DNA of 42,089 bases from assembly GCA_021791795.1 (NCBI GenBank), contig JAJYVX010000006.1:1-42089 (forward strand). Direction: 5' to 3'. The notes below the pieces were generated by a model, which searched no databases, had not been told where the DNA came from, and was given only the letters and a program-made list of their open reading frames with translations. This document shows, in pieces, positions 18,697-27,824 of this stretch. Each line of letters starts with the position of its first letter. Position 1 is the stretch's first letter. This DNA comes from Actinomycetes bacterium. Lineage in GTDB: Bacteria > Actinomycetota > Acidimicrobiia > Acidimicrobiales > Bog-793. Made by a program: the position numbers and the translations under genes.

Positions 18697-20490
18697 CTAG
18701 TAGCCGCTCAGCACCGGCTCGTCGGCCGGTGCCAGCTTCGGCACGTCCTCTATGAGCTTGATCGTGTAGGGGTCCTCGGGATGCTCGAGGACCTTCTCGA
18801 CCGAGCCATGCTCGACGATTCGTCCCTCGTTGAGGACGACGACCTTCTGCGCGACGGAACGGACAAGGGCGAGGTTGTGCGTGATGAAGACCATCGAGAG
18901 GCCATGCTCTCGCTGCAGGCGGCGCAGCAGCTCGACGATCACGGCCTGGACGGAGACGTCGAGGGCGGAGGTCACCTCGTCGCAGACGAGGACGTCCGGC
19001 TCGACGACTATCGCCCGCGCGATGGCGACGCGCTGGCGCTCGCCACCCGAGAGCTGGTCCGGGTAGCGGCCGAGGAAGTCCTCGCCGAGCGAGACCTCCT
19101 GCAGCACCTTCGCAGCCCGATCGCTCATCTCCCGCCGCGACATGTCGAAGTAGTGGTCGAGCGGCTGGGCGAGGATCTGGCCGATCGTCTTGCGCGGGTT
19201 GAGCGAGGTGTAGGGGTTCTGGAAGATGTACTGGATGCGCCGGAGCACGTCCTTCGAACGCCTGCGCGTGCCTCGGGCGAGGGGGTTGCCCTCGAAGCGG
19301 ATGTCGCCCTCCCAGTTCGAGTGGAGGCCGACGATGCAGCGGGCGAGCGTCGTCTTGCCCGAGCCGGACTCCCCGACGACAGCGACGCACCGCTCGGGCG
19401 CGAGGTCGAGGCTCACGCCGTGCAACACGGGCTGGCTGCCGTACTTCGCCGAGATGTCCTTCAGGGAGAGCGACGGCTCGGCGATGCTGTCCGGCAGTGG
19501 GGTGAGAACGACCCGCTCCCTCTCGGCGTGGACGATCTCGGACGCCCGGAAACAGCGTACGACCTGCGAGCGCACCTGTACGGGCGCGGGCGTCTCAACC
19601 CGGCATCGGTCGATGGCGAAGCTGCACCTCGGAGCGAAGAAGCATCCCTGCGGCCTGCGACCCGGCCGGGGTGGCTGCCCGTCGATGCCGGTGAGCACCT
19701 CCGCCCTCTCGGGCGAGGGCGCGGCGGCGAGGAGACCCCGCGTGTAGGGGTGAACCGGGGTGTTGAAGACGGGGTAGGTCGCTCCGAGCTCGATCACGCG
19801 GCCGGCGTACATCACAGCCACCTTCGAGACGAGACCCCCGACGACGGCGAGGTCGTGGCTCACGTACACGGCGGCGACGCCGTAGGTCTTGCAGAGGTTG
19901 CGGATGGTCTCGAGGACGTGGCGCTGCGTCGACACGTCGAGGCCTGTCGTCGGCTCGTCGAGGACTATGAGCGAGGGGCGGCAGCAGAACGCCATGGCGA
20001 TGGCCACCCGCTGCTGCTGGCCGCCGGAGAGCTGGTGCGGATAGCGCTTCATCATCTCCGGCTGGGCGTCGAGGCGTACCTCCGCCAGCACCTCGGCCAC
20101 CCGCGAACGGACCTCGTCCACGGCGCCCGGGTGCGAGGTGAGGCACTCGGTGAGCTGGGAGCCGATCTTGAGGGTCGGGTTGAGGGCGGCGGAGGGGTCC
20201 TGCGGCACGTATGCCACCTTGGCGCCGCGGAATTCGCGCATCTCTTGGGGCGAGAGCGTGAGGAGGTTCACGCCGTCGAGCGCGATCTCGCCCCGCGTGA
20301 TCTCGAGGCCTCGGCGGGCATGACCGAGAAGGGCGAGGGCGACCGTCGTCTTGCCCGAGCCGGACTCGCCGACGAGCCCGAGCACCTCGCCTGCGCCGAC
20401 GGTGAGAGACAACTCGCTCACGACGTCCCTGCCGGTACCGGCGAGGCAGATCTCGAGGTCCTTCACCTCCAGGCGTTCGTAGGCCCTCAT
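18697..20490 (-). CDS. Peptide ABC transporter ATP-binding protein (fused double NBD)
   Basis: Two GESGSGKT Walker A motifs, LSGGQQQR and LSGGERQR signatures, DEPTT/DEVTS. ATG 20490 overlaps the permease stop (ATGA). Confidence 0.93.
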   Translation of the reverse strand: MRAYERLEVKDLEICLAGTGRDVVSELSLTVGAGEVLGLVGESGSGKTTVALALLGHARRGLEITRGEIALDGVNLLTLSPQEMREFRGAKVAYVPQDPSAALNPTLKIGSQLTECLTSHPGAVDEVRSRVAEVLAEVRLDAQPEMMKRYPHQLSGGQQQRVAIAMAFCCRPSLIVLDEPTTGLDVSTQRHVLETIRNLCKTYGVAAVYVSHDLAVVGGLVSKVAVMYAGRVIELGATYPVFNTPVHPYTRGLLAAAPSPERAEVLTGIDGQPPRPGRRPQGCFFAPRCSFAIDRCRVETPAPVQVRSQVVRCFRASEIVHAERERVVLTPLPDSIAEPSLSLKDISAKYGSQPVLHGVSLDLAPERCVAVVGESGSGKTTLARCIVGLHSNWEGDIRFEGNPLARGTRRRSKDVLRRIQYIFQNPYTSLNPRKTIGQILAQPLDHYFDMSRREMSDRAAKVLQEVSLGEDFLGRYPDQLSGGERQRVAIARAIVVEPDVLVCDEVTSALDVSVQAVIVELLRRLQREHGLSMVFITHNLALVRSVAQKVVVLNEGRIVEHGSVEKVLEHPEDPYTIKLIEDVPKLAPADEPVLSGY

Positions 20491-21458
20491 GCGGTCTCCC
20501 CGAGCGTCGTCTCCGCCACCGCCGCCTCGTTGAGGACGAGCGCCTCCTGCGGGCGCCCCTCGATGCCGATGGCGACCCGGGCGACGGCGTCGGTGAAGGT
20601 GTTCGTCCCGATCGTGAGCAGAGCTATGAGGATCGTCGGCGCCACGACAGCCCACACGTTCCCCCCGATGAGGCCGCCGCGGTTCTCGTTGATCATGTAG
20701 CCCCACTGCGGCGAGGGTGGCGGCTGGCCGAAGCCGAGGAACGCCAGCCCCGCCATGACGACGATCGAGTAGGTGAGCCTGAGGCCCGCCTCGACCATGA
20801 GGGGTGTGATGAGGTTCGGGAGGATCTCGGACCACATGACCTTCACCGGCTTCACGCCCTGGAGCTCGATCGCCTTCACGTAGTCGCGCTCCGAGATGTC
20901 GAGCGTGGCCGACCGGAGCACCCGGGCGACCGCCGGGGCCTGGGTGAACCCGACGACTATGACGATCAGCCAGAGCTTCGGGCCGATGATGCTCACGAAA
21001 AGGAGGGCGAAGACGAGCTGGGGGAAGGCAAGGACGACGTCGACGGTCCTCATGATGATCCCGTCCCACTTGCCCCGCAGGTAGGCGGCGGAGATACCGG
21101 CTGCGCCTCCGACCACGACGCCGAAGACCGTCGAGCACAGGGCCATGACGAGCATGACCCAGCCGCCGTCGAGCACCCTCGAGAGCACGTCGCGGCTGAG
21201 GACGTCGGTCCCGAGGAGGTACTGGGCGCTCGGCTTGGCGAAGGGGAGCCCGCTCCCCACTATGGCCGTCGAGGAGTACGGCGTCACGAACGGACCGATG
21301 ACCGTGACGAGCGCGATGAAGAGCATGATGCCGAGGCCGACTCTCCCCCGGGTCGTGCGCGCGGCCGCGCCGAGAACGGCGAGCCACTGCCTGCGTGGTG
21401 TCCGGGGCGACCGGACGGCCGGTTCCTGCGGCTCGGTCGGAGCCGCGAGAGCGGTCAT
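20487..21458 (-). CDS. Peptide ABC transporter permease (DppC/OppC-like)
   Basis: LLGTDVLSRDVLSR, EILPN, FLGFGQPPPSPQWG. ATG 21458 overlaps the upstream stop. Confidence 0.92.
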   Translation of the reverse strand: MTALAAPTEPQEPAVRSPRTPRRQWLAVLGAAARTTRGRVGLGIMLFIALVTVIGPFVTPYSSTAIVGSGLPFAKPSAQYLLGTDVLSRDVLSRVLDGGWVMLVMALCSTVFGVVVGGAAGISAAYLRGKWDGIIMRTVDVVLAFPQLVFALLFVSIIGPKLWLIVIVVGFTQAPAVARVLRSATLDISERDYVKAIELQGVKPVKVMWSEILPNLITPLMVEAGLRLTYSIVVMAGLAFLGFGQPPPSPQWGYMINENRGGLIGGNVWAVVAPTILIALLTIGTNTFTDAVARVAIGIEGRPQEALVLNEAAVAETTLGETA

Positions 21459-22465
21459 CGTGCGATCCTCCGGCGCGGGGTCGCGAGGAGGGCGATCACG
21501 TCGGTGAGGATGTTCATGAAGACGTAGAAGGCGGCCAGGATCACGACGGTGAACTGGATGATCGGGATGTCGCGGTTGGTCACGGCATAGACGAGGCCCT
21601 GGCCGATGCCGGGGAAGTTGAAGATGTACTCGACGACCACGATCCCGCCGGCAAGGTAGAGGAAGTTGAGACCGATCACCTGGATCGTCGGGGCGATTGC
21701 GTTCGGCAAAGCGTGCACGAACACCACCCGCCATGCCTTGAGCCCCTTCAACCGGGCCATCTCGACGTAGTCGGACTCGAGCGCCTCGATCATGGCGGCT
21801 CTCATCATCCGCTGTATGTAGGGCACGATCACGATGACGAGCGTCGCCACGGGGAGCACGAGCATCTTCGGGTCGTTCCAGGCGTAGCTGCCCGGCGGGA
21901 TGAGGGACACGGCAGGGAGCACGTGCGAGACCGTCGTTGCGAACAGGATGATGAGCGCGATGGCGATGACGAACTCGGGGAGGGCGGTGATGCCGAGCGC
22001 CGCGACGGCCGAGATGTGGTCGAACCAGCCGTCCTTGCGCAGGGCCGCCATCGCGCCGAGGACGATCCCGAGTACCGATCCGATGATGCCCGCCACGAAG
22101 ACGAGGACGGCGGAGTCGATGAGGCGGGGCTCGATCTGCGCCCACACGCCGAGCCCGTTCGAGGTCGAGGTCCCCAGGTGTCCCGTGAACAGGCCCGTGA
22201 ACCACACCCAGTACTGGTCGACGAGCCCTCGGTCGAGGCCGAGCTGCTGCTCGAGCGCACGCACCCGGGCCGGAGTCGACGTCTTGCCGAGGATGGCGTA
22301 GGCGGCGTTCCCCGGGAGGACCTCGGTTGCGAGGAACACGATGATCGAGACGATGACGAGCGTGAGGAGGCCGACGAGCGTCCGCCGGATCACGAGGGCG
22401 AAGAGAGGATGCTGCTGGCTCCAGCGCAAAGAGCGCGCCGGCGGTGGAGCAACCGCTACCGCCAT
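21455..22465 (-). CDS. Peptide ABC transporter permease (DppB/OppB-like)
   Basis: LPGNAA, LGLDR, SDYVEMARLKG (EAA loop), HALPNA, FNFPGIG, RDIP. GGAGG SD before ATG 22465. Confidence 0.92.
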   Translation of the reverse strand: MAVAVAPPPARSLRWSQQHPLFALVIRRTLVGLLTLVIVSIIVFLATEVLPGNAAYAILGKTSTPARVRALEQQLGLDRGLVDQYWVWFTGLFTGHLGTSTSNGLGVWAQIEPRLIDSAVLVFVAGIIGSVLGIVLGAMAALRKDGWFDHISAVAALGITALPEFVIAIALIILFATTVSHVLPAVSLIPPGSYAWNDPKMLVLPVATLVIVIVPYIQRMMRAAMIEALESDYVEMARLKGLKAWRVVFVHALPNAIAPTIQVIGLNFLYLAGGIVVVEYIFNFPGIGQGLVYAVTNRDIPIIQFTVVILAAFYVFMNILTDVIALLATPRRRIAR

Positions 22466-22604
22466 GTCACACCTCCCCCTCGACAAGGACGAGCGGCAAC
22501 CTGCTGCCGCTTTGCGAGGAGCGGATTGTAGGCGACGGTCTCTTGTCCCGACAGAGCGAGCGACCCACCTCGTGCATCACCTGGTGAGAGTGGTCGTTCT
22601 GCCA

Positions 22605-23774
22605 CTAGTCCGAGAAAACGGCCCGCGAGATGACGAGGCGCTGGATGTCGGAGGTTCCCTCCTCGATCTCCTCCAACTTGGCGTCGCGCATCCACTTCTC
22701 GACGAGATGCTCACGCGAGTAGCCCCAGCCTCCGAGTGTCTGGACGGCCGCCCAGGTGGAGAACATCGCCGTCTCGGAGGCGAAGAGCTTTGCCATGGCC
22801 GCCTCCCTCGTGGCCTTCTCGCCGGCGTCGAGCCGCCGGGCGGCGCGCCACACCATGAGACGTGCGGCTTCGATGCGGGTCGCCATGTCGGCCACACGGA
22901 ACGCCACTGCCTGGTGCTTCGAGATCGACACCCCGAATTGCTTGCGTTCGGAGGCATAGTCCACGGCGTACTCGAGCGCCGCCCTCGCCACACCGGTCGC
23001 CGCGGCGGCGAGTATCACCCTCGAGGCGTCGAAGGTGTGCATGAGGCCGAGGAAACCCTGGCCCTCCTCGCCCAGCCTGTCCTCGACGGGCACGGCGACG
23101 TCGTCGAGGAAGATCTCCGTGTTGAGCAGTGCGCGCTGACCCATCTTCTTGAGCGGCGGACCGAACTGCATCCCCGCTCTCTCCTTCTCGAGAAGGAATG
23201 CGGTGACGCCCTTCGCCCTCTTCGTGGGGTCGACCGTGGCGAACACGACGTAGAAGCGCGCCACGCCGCCGTTCGAGATCCAGGCCTTCGTGCCCGAGAG
23301 CCGGTAGCCGTCGGCGGTGCGTTCTGCCCTCGTCGCCACGGCGGCCGCGTCTGATCCGACGTCCGGCTCGGTCACCGCGAGGGCGGTCAAGGGCGGCGGG
23401 TTCTCGCAGAGCGGCCTCAACCAACGCTCCTTCTGATCGGCCGTGCCGAGCTCGAGGAGCGGGTGGGCGAAGAAGCCGTTCGAGGTAAGCAGGTTGCCGA
23501 GGGCGAGATCGCCGGCGCACAGCTCCTCCTGCACGAGGCACTGGGTGAGCACGTCGGTGAAGCCGCCACCTCCGAGCTCGGCCGGGAGCATGAACGACGT
23601 GATGCCGGCGTCCGCCGCCTTCTCCCAGATGCCCCAGTGCATCTCGGTGTCGGCCTCGTCGACCTCACGGGCCACGGGGCGGATCTCGGTCTCGGCGAAG
23701 TGGCGACACATCCGGACGATCTCGTGCTGCTCTCCTGTGAGCGGTACCAGTTCCTCGGGCAACGAGGGGTGCAT
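22605..23774 (-). CDS. Acyl-CoA dehydrogenase
   Basis: TEPDVGSD, GTKAWISNGG, KKMGQRA, RKQFG, GGWGY, IEEGTSDIQR. ATG 23774 with TACTAT 6 nt upstream. Confidence 0.93.
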   Translation of the reverse strand: MHPSLPEELVPLTGEQHEIVRMCRHFAETEIRPVAREVDEADTEMHWGIWEKAADAGITSFMLPAELGGGGFTDVLTQCLVQEELCAGDLALGNLLTSNGFFAHPLLELGTADQKERWLRPLCENPPPLTALAVTEPDVGSDAAAVATRAERTADGYRLSGTKAWISNGGVARFYVVFATVDPTKRAKGVTAFLLEKERAGMQFGPPLKKMGQRALLNTEIFLDDVAVPVEDRLGEEGQGFLGLMHTFDASRVILAAAATGVARAALEYAVDYASERKQFGVSISKHQAVAFRVADMATRIEAARLMVWRAARRLDAGEKATREAAMAKLFASETAMFSTWAAVQTLGGWGYSREHLVEKWMRDAKLEEIEEGTSDIQRLVISRAVFSD

Positions 23775-23838
23775 GGACGCATAGTAGGGCGCACCGCCCA
23801 GCCCGGCACAAAGCGCCCTCGGTGTTGCAGACTGTGGC

Positions 23839-24807
23839 GTGGCCACCGCTCGGAACCTCGCCGTCATAACCGACCCGGACGAGATCGACCCCTCTCCGGC
23901 GGTGTCGGCGCTCGAGGAGGCCGGGTATGCCGTGGAGGTGCTCGGCAGCCGCGAGCCGTCGTTGATCGCCGCGGCCGCAGCCGAGGCGACGGCTCTCGTC
24001 GTCGGATACGCCAGGGTCGACTCCGGGCTTCTCGATCACCTCCCTCGGCTGCGCATCGTCGCGACGATGTCCGTCGGCGTCGACACGGTGGATCTCCGCG
24101 CAGCCGAGGAGCGCGGCGTCTGGGTGTCCAACGTGCCGGACGCCGCGACCGAGGAGGTCGCAGTCCACGCTCTCGCCCTGGCACTCGGGCTCGTGCGCCG
24201 CATCACCTTCCTCGACCGCCATGTGCGCTCGGGCGGTTGGGGCGTGGATGCCGCGGAGACGATGCGCCGGCCATCGCGCCTCTCGCTCGGGGTGGTGGGG
24301 TTGGGGCGGATAGGGCGCCGTTTTGCCGCTCTTGCGGGTCCGGCGTTCGGGGACGTGAGGGGATACGACCCGTTCGTGGCCCCGTCTGCCTGGCCGGCGG
24401 GCGTCATGGCCTGCGACCTCGACGAGCTGCTGGCGCGCTCCGACGTGGTGTCGCTCCACCTGCCCGGCGAGGCGGGTGCCCCGCCGCTTCTTCACCGCGG
24501 CAGGCTGTCCCTCCTGCCCGAGGGTGCCGCGCTCGTCAACGTGTCCCGCGGCAGCCTCGTCGACACCGAGGCTCTCGTCTCCCTGCTCGATGCCGGCCGC
24601 CTCTCGGGGGCGGGGCTCGACGTCCTCCCGGTCGAGCCGCCCGCGGCCGACGACCCCCTGCGGCGGCACCCGCGCATCGTGCTCACGCCTCACCTCGCCT
24701 ACCTCTCGGAGGAGAGCGCGATCGATTATCCCCTCAAAGCTGCGGAGAACGTCGTGGCGTGGTCGACTGGGGGAGAACCGCGGGACGTCGTCGTGCGCGG
24801 CCGATGA
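23839..24807 (+). CDS. D-isomer-specific 2-hydroxyacid dehydrogenase (CtBP/SerA-like)
   Basis: VGVDTVD, NVPD..TEEVA, GLGRIG, NVSRG, LDVLPVEP, TPHLA (Arg/Glu/His triad). Confidence 0.9.
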   Translation: MATARNLAVITDPDEIDPSPAVSALEEAGYAVEVLGSREPSLIAAAAAEATALVVGYARVDSGLLDHLPRLRIVATMSVGVDTVDLRAAEERGVWVSNVPDAATEEVAVHALALALGLVRRITFLDRHVRSGGWGVDAAETMRRPSRLSLGVVGLGRIGRRFAALAGPAFGDVRGYDPFVAPSAWPAGVMACDLDELLARSDVVSLHLPGEAGAPPLLHRGRLSLLPEGAALVNVSRGSLVDTEALVSLLDAGRLSGAGLDVLPVEPPAADDPLRRHPRIVLTPHLAYLSEESAIDYPLKAAENVVAWSTGGEPRDVVVRGR

Positions 24808-24864
24808 GCCGGCGCCACCCGGCGGCCCGGTGCAGCAGAGAGCGATGAGGAGGAGGAAGAGCCG

Positions 24865-26562
24865 ATGGAAGAGATGACCGGGGGCAAGGTCGTCGTGGAG
24901 TCGCTTCTGGCGAACGGCGTGGAGGTGGCGTTCGGCATCCCCGGCACGCACAGCCTCCCCATCTATCAGCACCTCGCCGCGAGCTCGATCAGACACGTCA
25001 CGCCACGTCACGAACAGGGCGCCGGCTACGCGGCGGACGGCTACGCCCGCTCGAGCGGACGGATCGCCGCTTGCCTCGTCACGACCGGCCCGGGAGTCAC
25101 GAACATCGCGACGGCCATCGGGCAGGCCTACTCCGACTCGATACCGCTTCTCGTCGTCTCGCCGGGGATGCCTGCTGCCATCGAGGGAGGCGACCACGGC
25201 TTCCTGCACGAGGCGAAGAACCAGAGCCTTCTCACCTCTGCCATCGCCGCCTGGAGCCACCGGGCGAGCTCGCAGCAGGACCTGGCGGACGCCCTCCGCC
25301 GGGCGTTCGCCCACCTGTCGGGCGGGCGGCCGAGGCCCGTCCACATCGAGGCGCCCATCGAGGTGCTGGCAGAGCAAGGCCCGGTCGACGAGATCCGGCC
25401 GGCCGAGCACGCGGCGCCCGTCTCGCCTGCCCCCGATGCCGTGGCCCGAGCCGCGCAGGCGCTCGCCTCGGGCCGCAGGCGTGCGCTCGTGCTCGGTGGA
25501 GGTGCCCGTGGCGCCGCCGCGGAGGCCACAGCCCTCGCCGAGCTGCTCTCCATGGCGGTCGTGACGACGACGAACGGGAAGGGGGTCGTGTCCGAACGGC
25601 ATCCGCTGTCCCTCGGCGCCACGGTCATGGCACGCTCCACGCGTGACCATCTGGCCGACTGCGACGTGGTGCTCGCGGTCGGTACCGAGCTCGGCGACTC
25701 GGACCTGTGGGGCGAGCCGCTCCGGGTGAACGGGACCGTCATCCGCGTGGACGTCGATCCGCAGCAGCTCGACAAGAACCTCGCCGCGGCGGTGAAGGTG
25801 CACGGCGACGCCGCGCTCAGCCTGCGGGCGCTCGCCGATCGCCTCGGGGGCTCGGCCGGGACCGGTGTGACCGCCGGGGCCGGTGTGACCGCCGGGGCCG
25901 GTGTGACCGCCGCGGGGGGCTCGGACGGCGTGGGGGGCGCCGGGCGGGCGGACGTCTGGCAGGATGCCTCGCTCGCCCTCGTGGCGGAGCAGGAGGTCGC
26001 ACGGGTGCGTGCCGGCGTCGCCACCGACCTCGCGGCCGACGTTCAACCGTTCGGTCCCCTCATGGCCTCGCTCGAGAAGGTCCTCGCCCCTGACGCCGTC
26101 GTCGCGGGCGATGCCGCGATGGCCTGCTACTTCGGGGTGCAGTACCTCCTCCCCTTCGAGCGGCCGTCACGGTGGCTGTTCCCGACCGGCTTCTGCACGC
26201 TCGGCTACGGTCTGCCGGCTGCGATCGGTGCGAAGCTCGCCGCGCCCGATCGCCAGGTCATGGCGATCATGGGCGACGGCGGGGTGATGTTCACCATCGG
26301 CGAGCTGGCGACTGCCGTGCAGGTCGGCCTCTCACTCCCTCTCGTCATCGTGACGAACAACGGCTACGGCGAGATCCGCAAGGAACTGGCCGCCATGGGC
26401 GTCTCGCCGCTCGGCACGGACTTCCCGGCGCCGGACTTCGTCGCTCTCGCAGGGGCGTTCGGCGCCCACGGCGTCCGGGTCGAGCCGGACGAGGTGGGCT
26501 CGGCAGTCGAGGAGGCCTTCGGGCGACCCGGCCCTACGGTCGTCGAGACCGCGGTCGGCTGA
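24865..26562 (+). CDS. Thiamine diphosphate-dependent enzyme, 2-ketoarginine decarboxylase (AruI)-like
   Basis: FGIPGTH, RHEQGAGYAADGYAR, TGPGVTN, GQAYSDSIP, TLGYGLPAAIGA, GDGG...NNGY ThDP motif. The subfamily call is tentative. Confidence 0.85.
   Translation: MEEMTGGKVVVESLLANGVEVAFGIPGTHSLPIYQHLAASSIRHVTPRHEQGAGYAADGYARSSGRIAACLVTTGPGVTNIATAIGQAYSDSIPLLVVSPGMPAAIEGGDHGFLHEAKNQSLLTSAIAAWSHRASSQQDLADALRRAFAHLSGGRPRPVHIEAPIEVLAEQGPVDEIRPAEHAAPVSPAPDAVARAAQALASGRRRALVLGGGARGAAAEATALAELLSMAVVTTTNGKGVVSERHPLSLGATVMARSTRDHLADCDVVLAVGTELGDSDLWGEPLRVNGTVIRVDVDPQQLDKNLAAAVKVHGDAALSLRALADRLGGSAGTGVTAGAGVTAGAGVTAAGGSDGVGGAGRADVWQDASLALVAEQEVARVRAGVATDLAADVQPFGPLMASLEKVLAPDAVVAGDAAMACYFGVQYLLPFERPSRWLFPTGFCTLGYGLPAAIGAKLAAPDRQVMAIMGDGGVMFTIGELATAVQVGLSLPLVIVTNNGYGEIRKELAAMGVSPLGTDFPAPDFVALAGAFGAHGVRVEPDEVGSAVEEAFGRPGPTVVETAVG
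25862..25912. repeat. 18-bp in-frame tandem repeat (~2.8 copies)
   Basis: CCGGTGTGACCGCCGGGG x2 plus CCGGTGTGACCGCCG; encodes GVTAGA repeats. Confidence 0.95.
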
Positions 26563-26605
26563 AGCACGGGCCCGGGCCGGCCCTGGGCAGCTCGCCGGGC
26601 GGGCC

Positions 26606-27775
26606 TCAGTCGGCCCAGGGCGTGAGGATGCCGTCGAGCCCGCGCTTCGAGATCTCGTTCGCGATGACGAGCCGCTGGATCTCGGAGGTGCCCTCCCATA
26701 TCCGGTCGACGCGGATGTCCCGGTAGAGCCGCTCGACGGCGTACTCGCGCATGTAGCCCCGGCCCCCGAAGATCTGCACCGCCCGGTCGATGACACGGCC
26801 GGCGGCTTCTGATGCCGAGAGCTTCACCATCGACGCCTTTGCGTGGAGCAGCTTGCGTGGTACGCCGGCGTCGGCTTCGGCACCCACCTGGTAGACGAAC
26901 GCACGATTCGTCGCGATCTCGACGGCCGAGTCGGCGAGCATCGCCTGGATCATCTGGTTCTCGATGAGACGCTTGCCGAACTGCTCCCGGGACGAGGCCC
27001 ACTCGGTCGCCTCCCGCAGTGCGCGCTCTGCTCCGCCGAGCGCCCGCGCGGCGATCATGAGCCGTTCCTCGACGAACCACTCCTGGGTCAGGGCGGCGCC
27101 CCCGCCGATCTCGCCGAGCACGCTGTCGGGGCCGACCTCGACCCCATCGAAGGTGAAGATCGGATGCTTGAAGACGAAGGTGTGCATGTAGGCCGGGGTG
27201 CGGAGCACGCTCACCCCAGAGAGGTCCCGGTCGACGAGAAAGAGCGTCGGGCGCTTGGCCGGCATCACCTGGGCGAGGACGATGAGGAAGTCGGCGACGT
27301 CCCCAACGGTCACGAACCACTTCTCGCCGTCGATCCTGAACCCCTCGCCCGAGGGAGTCGCCGTCGTCACGATCGCCGTGTAGTCCGAGCCCGCATCGGC
27401 CTCGGTCACCGCATAGGCGTCACGCCTCTCGCCGGCGATGCCCGGAAGCAGGTAGCGCTCGCGCTGTCCCTCGCTGCAGGCCTTGAGCGCGTTGGCCGGC
27501 CGCCACACGGTGTCCCAGAGCGCGTTCGTCAGCTGGCCGAGCTCCTCTTGCACGAGCACCTGCTCGAGGATGGATAAGCCCGCGCCGCCCCACTCCGCCG
27601 GCATGTTGACGGCGTTCAGGCCCGATTCCAGGACGGCCTTGGCGATGAGGGCGAGCGACTCGGCGGGCAGACCGTCGCCGGTCTCGCACTGATCCTCGTA
27701 GGTCTTGATGGTCGAAGCAAGGTCGCGGGCGCGCGCCTTCAGTTCGAGTTGACGTGACGTGTAGTTCCAATCCAT
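26606..27775 (-). CDS. Acyl-CoA dehydrogenase
   Basis: TEADAGSD, GEKWFVT, REQFG, FGGRGYM, IWEGTSEIQR. GGAGG SD before ATG 27775. Confidence 0.93.
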   Translation of the reverse strand: MDWNYTSRQLELKARARDLASTIKTYEDQCETGDGLPAESLALIAKAVLESGLNAVNMPAEWGGAGLSILEQVLVQEELGQLTNALWDTVWRPANALKACSEGQRERYLLPGIAGERRDAYAVTEADAGSDYTAIVTTATPSGEGFRIDGEKWFVTVGDVADFLIVLAQVMPAKRPTLFLVDRDLSGVSVLRTPAYMHTFVFKHPIFTFDGVEVGPDSVLGEIGGGAALTQEWFVEERLMIAARALGGAERALREATEWASSREQFGKRLIENQMIQAMLADSAVEIATNRAFVYQVGAEADAGVPRKLLHAKASMVKLSASEAAGRVIDRAVQIFGGRGYMREYAVERLYRDIRVDRIWEGTSEIQRLVIANEISKRGLDGILTPWAD

Positions 27776-27797
27776 GGCAGCCTCCAACCTCCGTTAC

Positions 27798-27817
27798 ATA
27801 ACATCACAGCGCTGTGA
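27798..27817 (+). promoter_or_regulatory. Candidate -10 (TAACAT) followed by a perfect 14-bp palindrome (putative operator)
   Basis: TAACAT at 27798-27803 and TCACAGCGCTGTGA at 27804-27817, within the 49-bp spacer between divergent genes. Confidence 0.5.
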
Positions 27818-27824
27818 GGACCAG

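Noticed and set aside
18697-22205. Apparent 896-aa ATPase and 572-aa permease with long N-terminal extensions
   Set aside because: The extensions are out-of-frame read-through of upstream genes; the true starts are the ATGA-coupled ATGs at 20490 and 21458.
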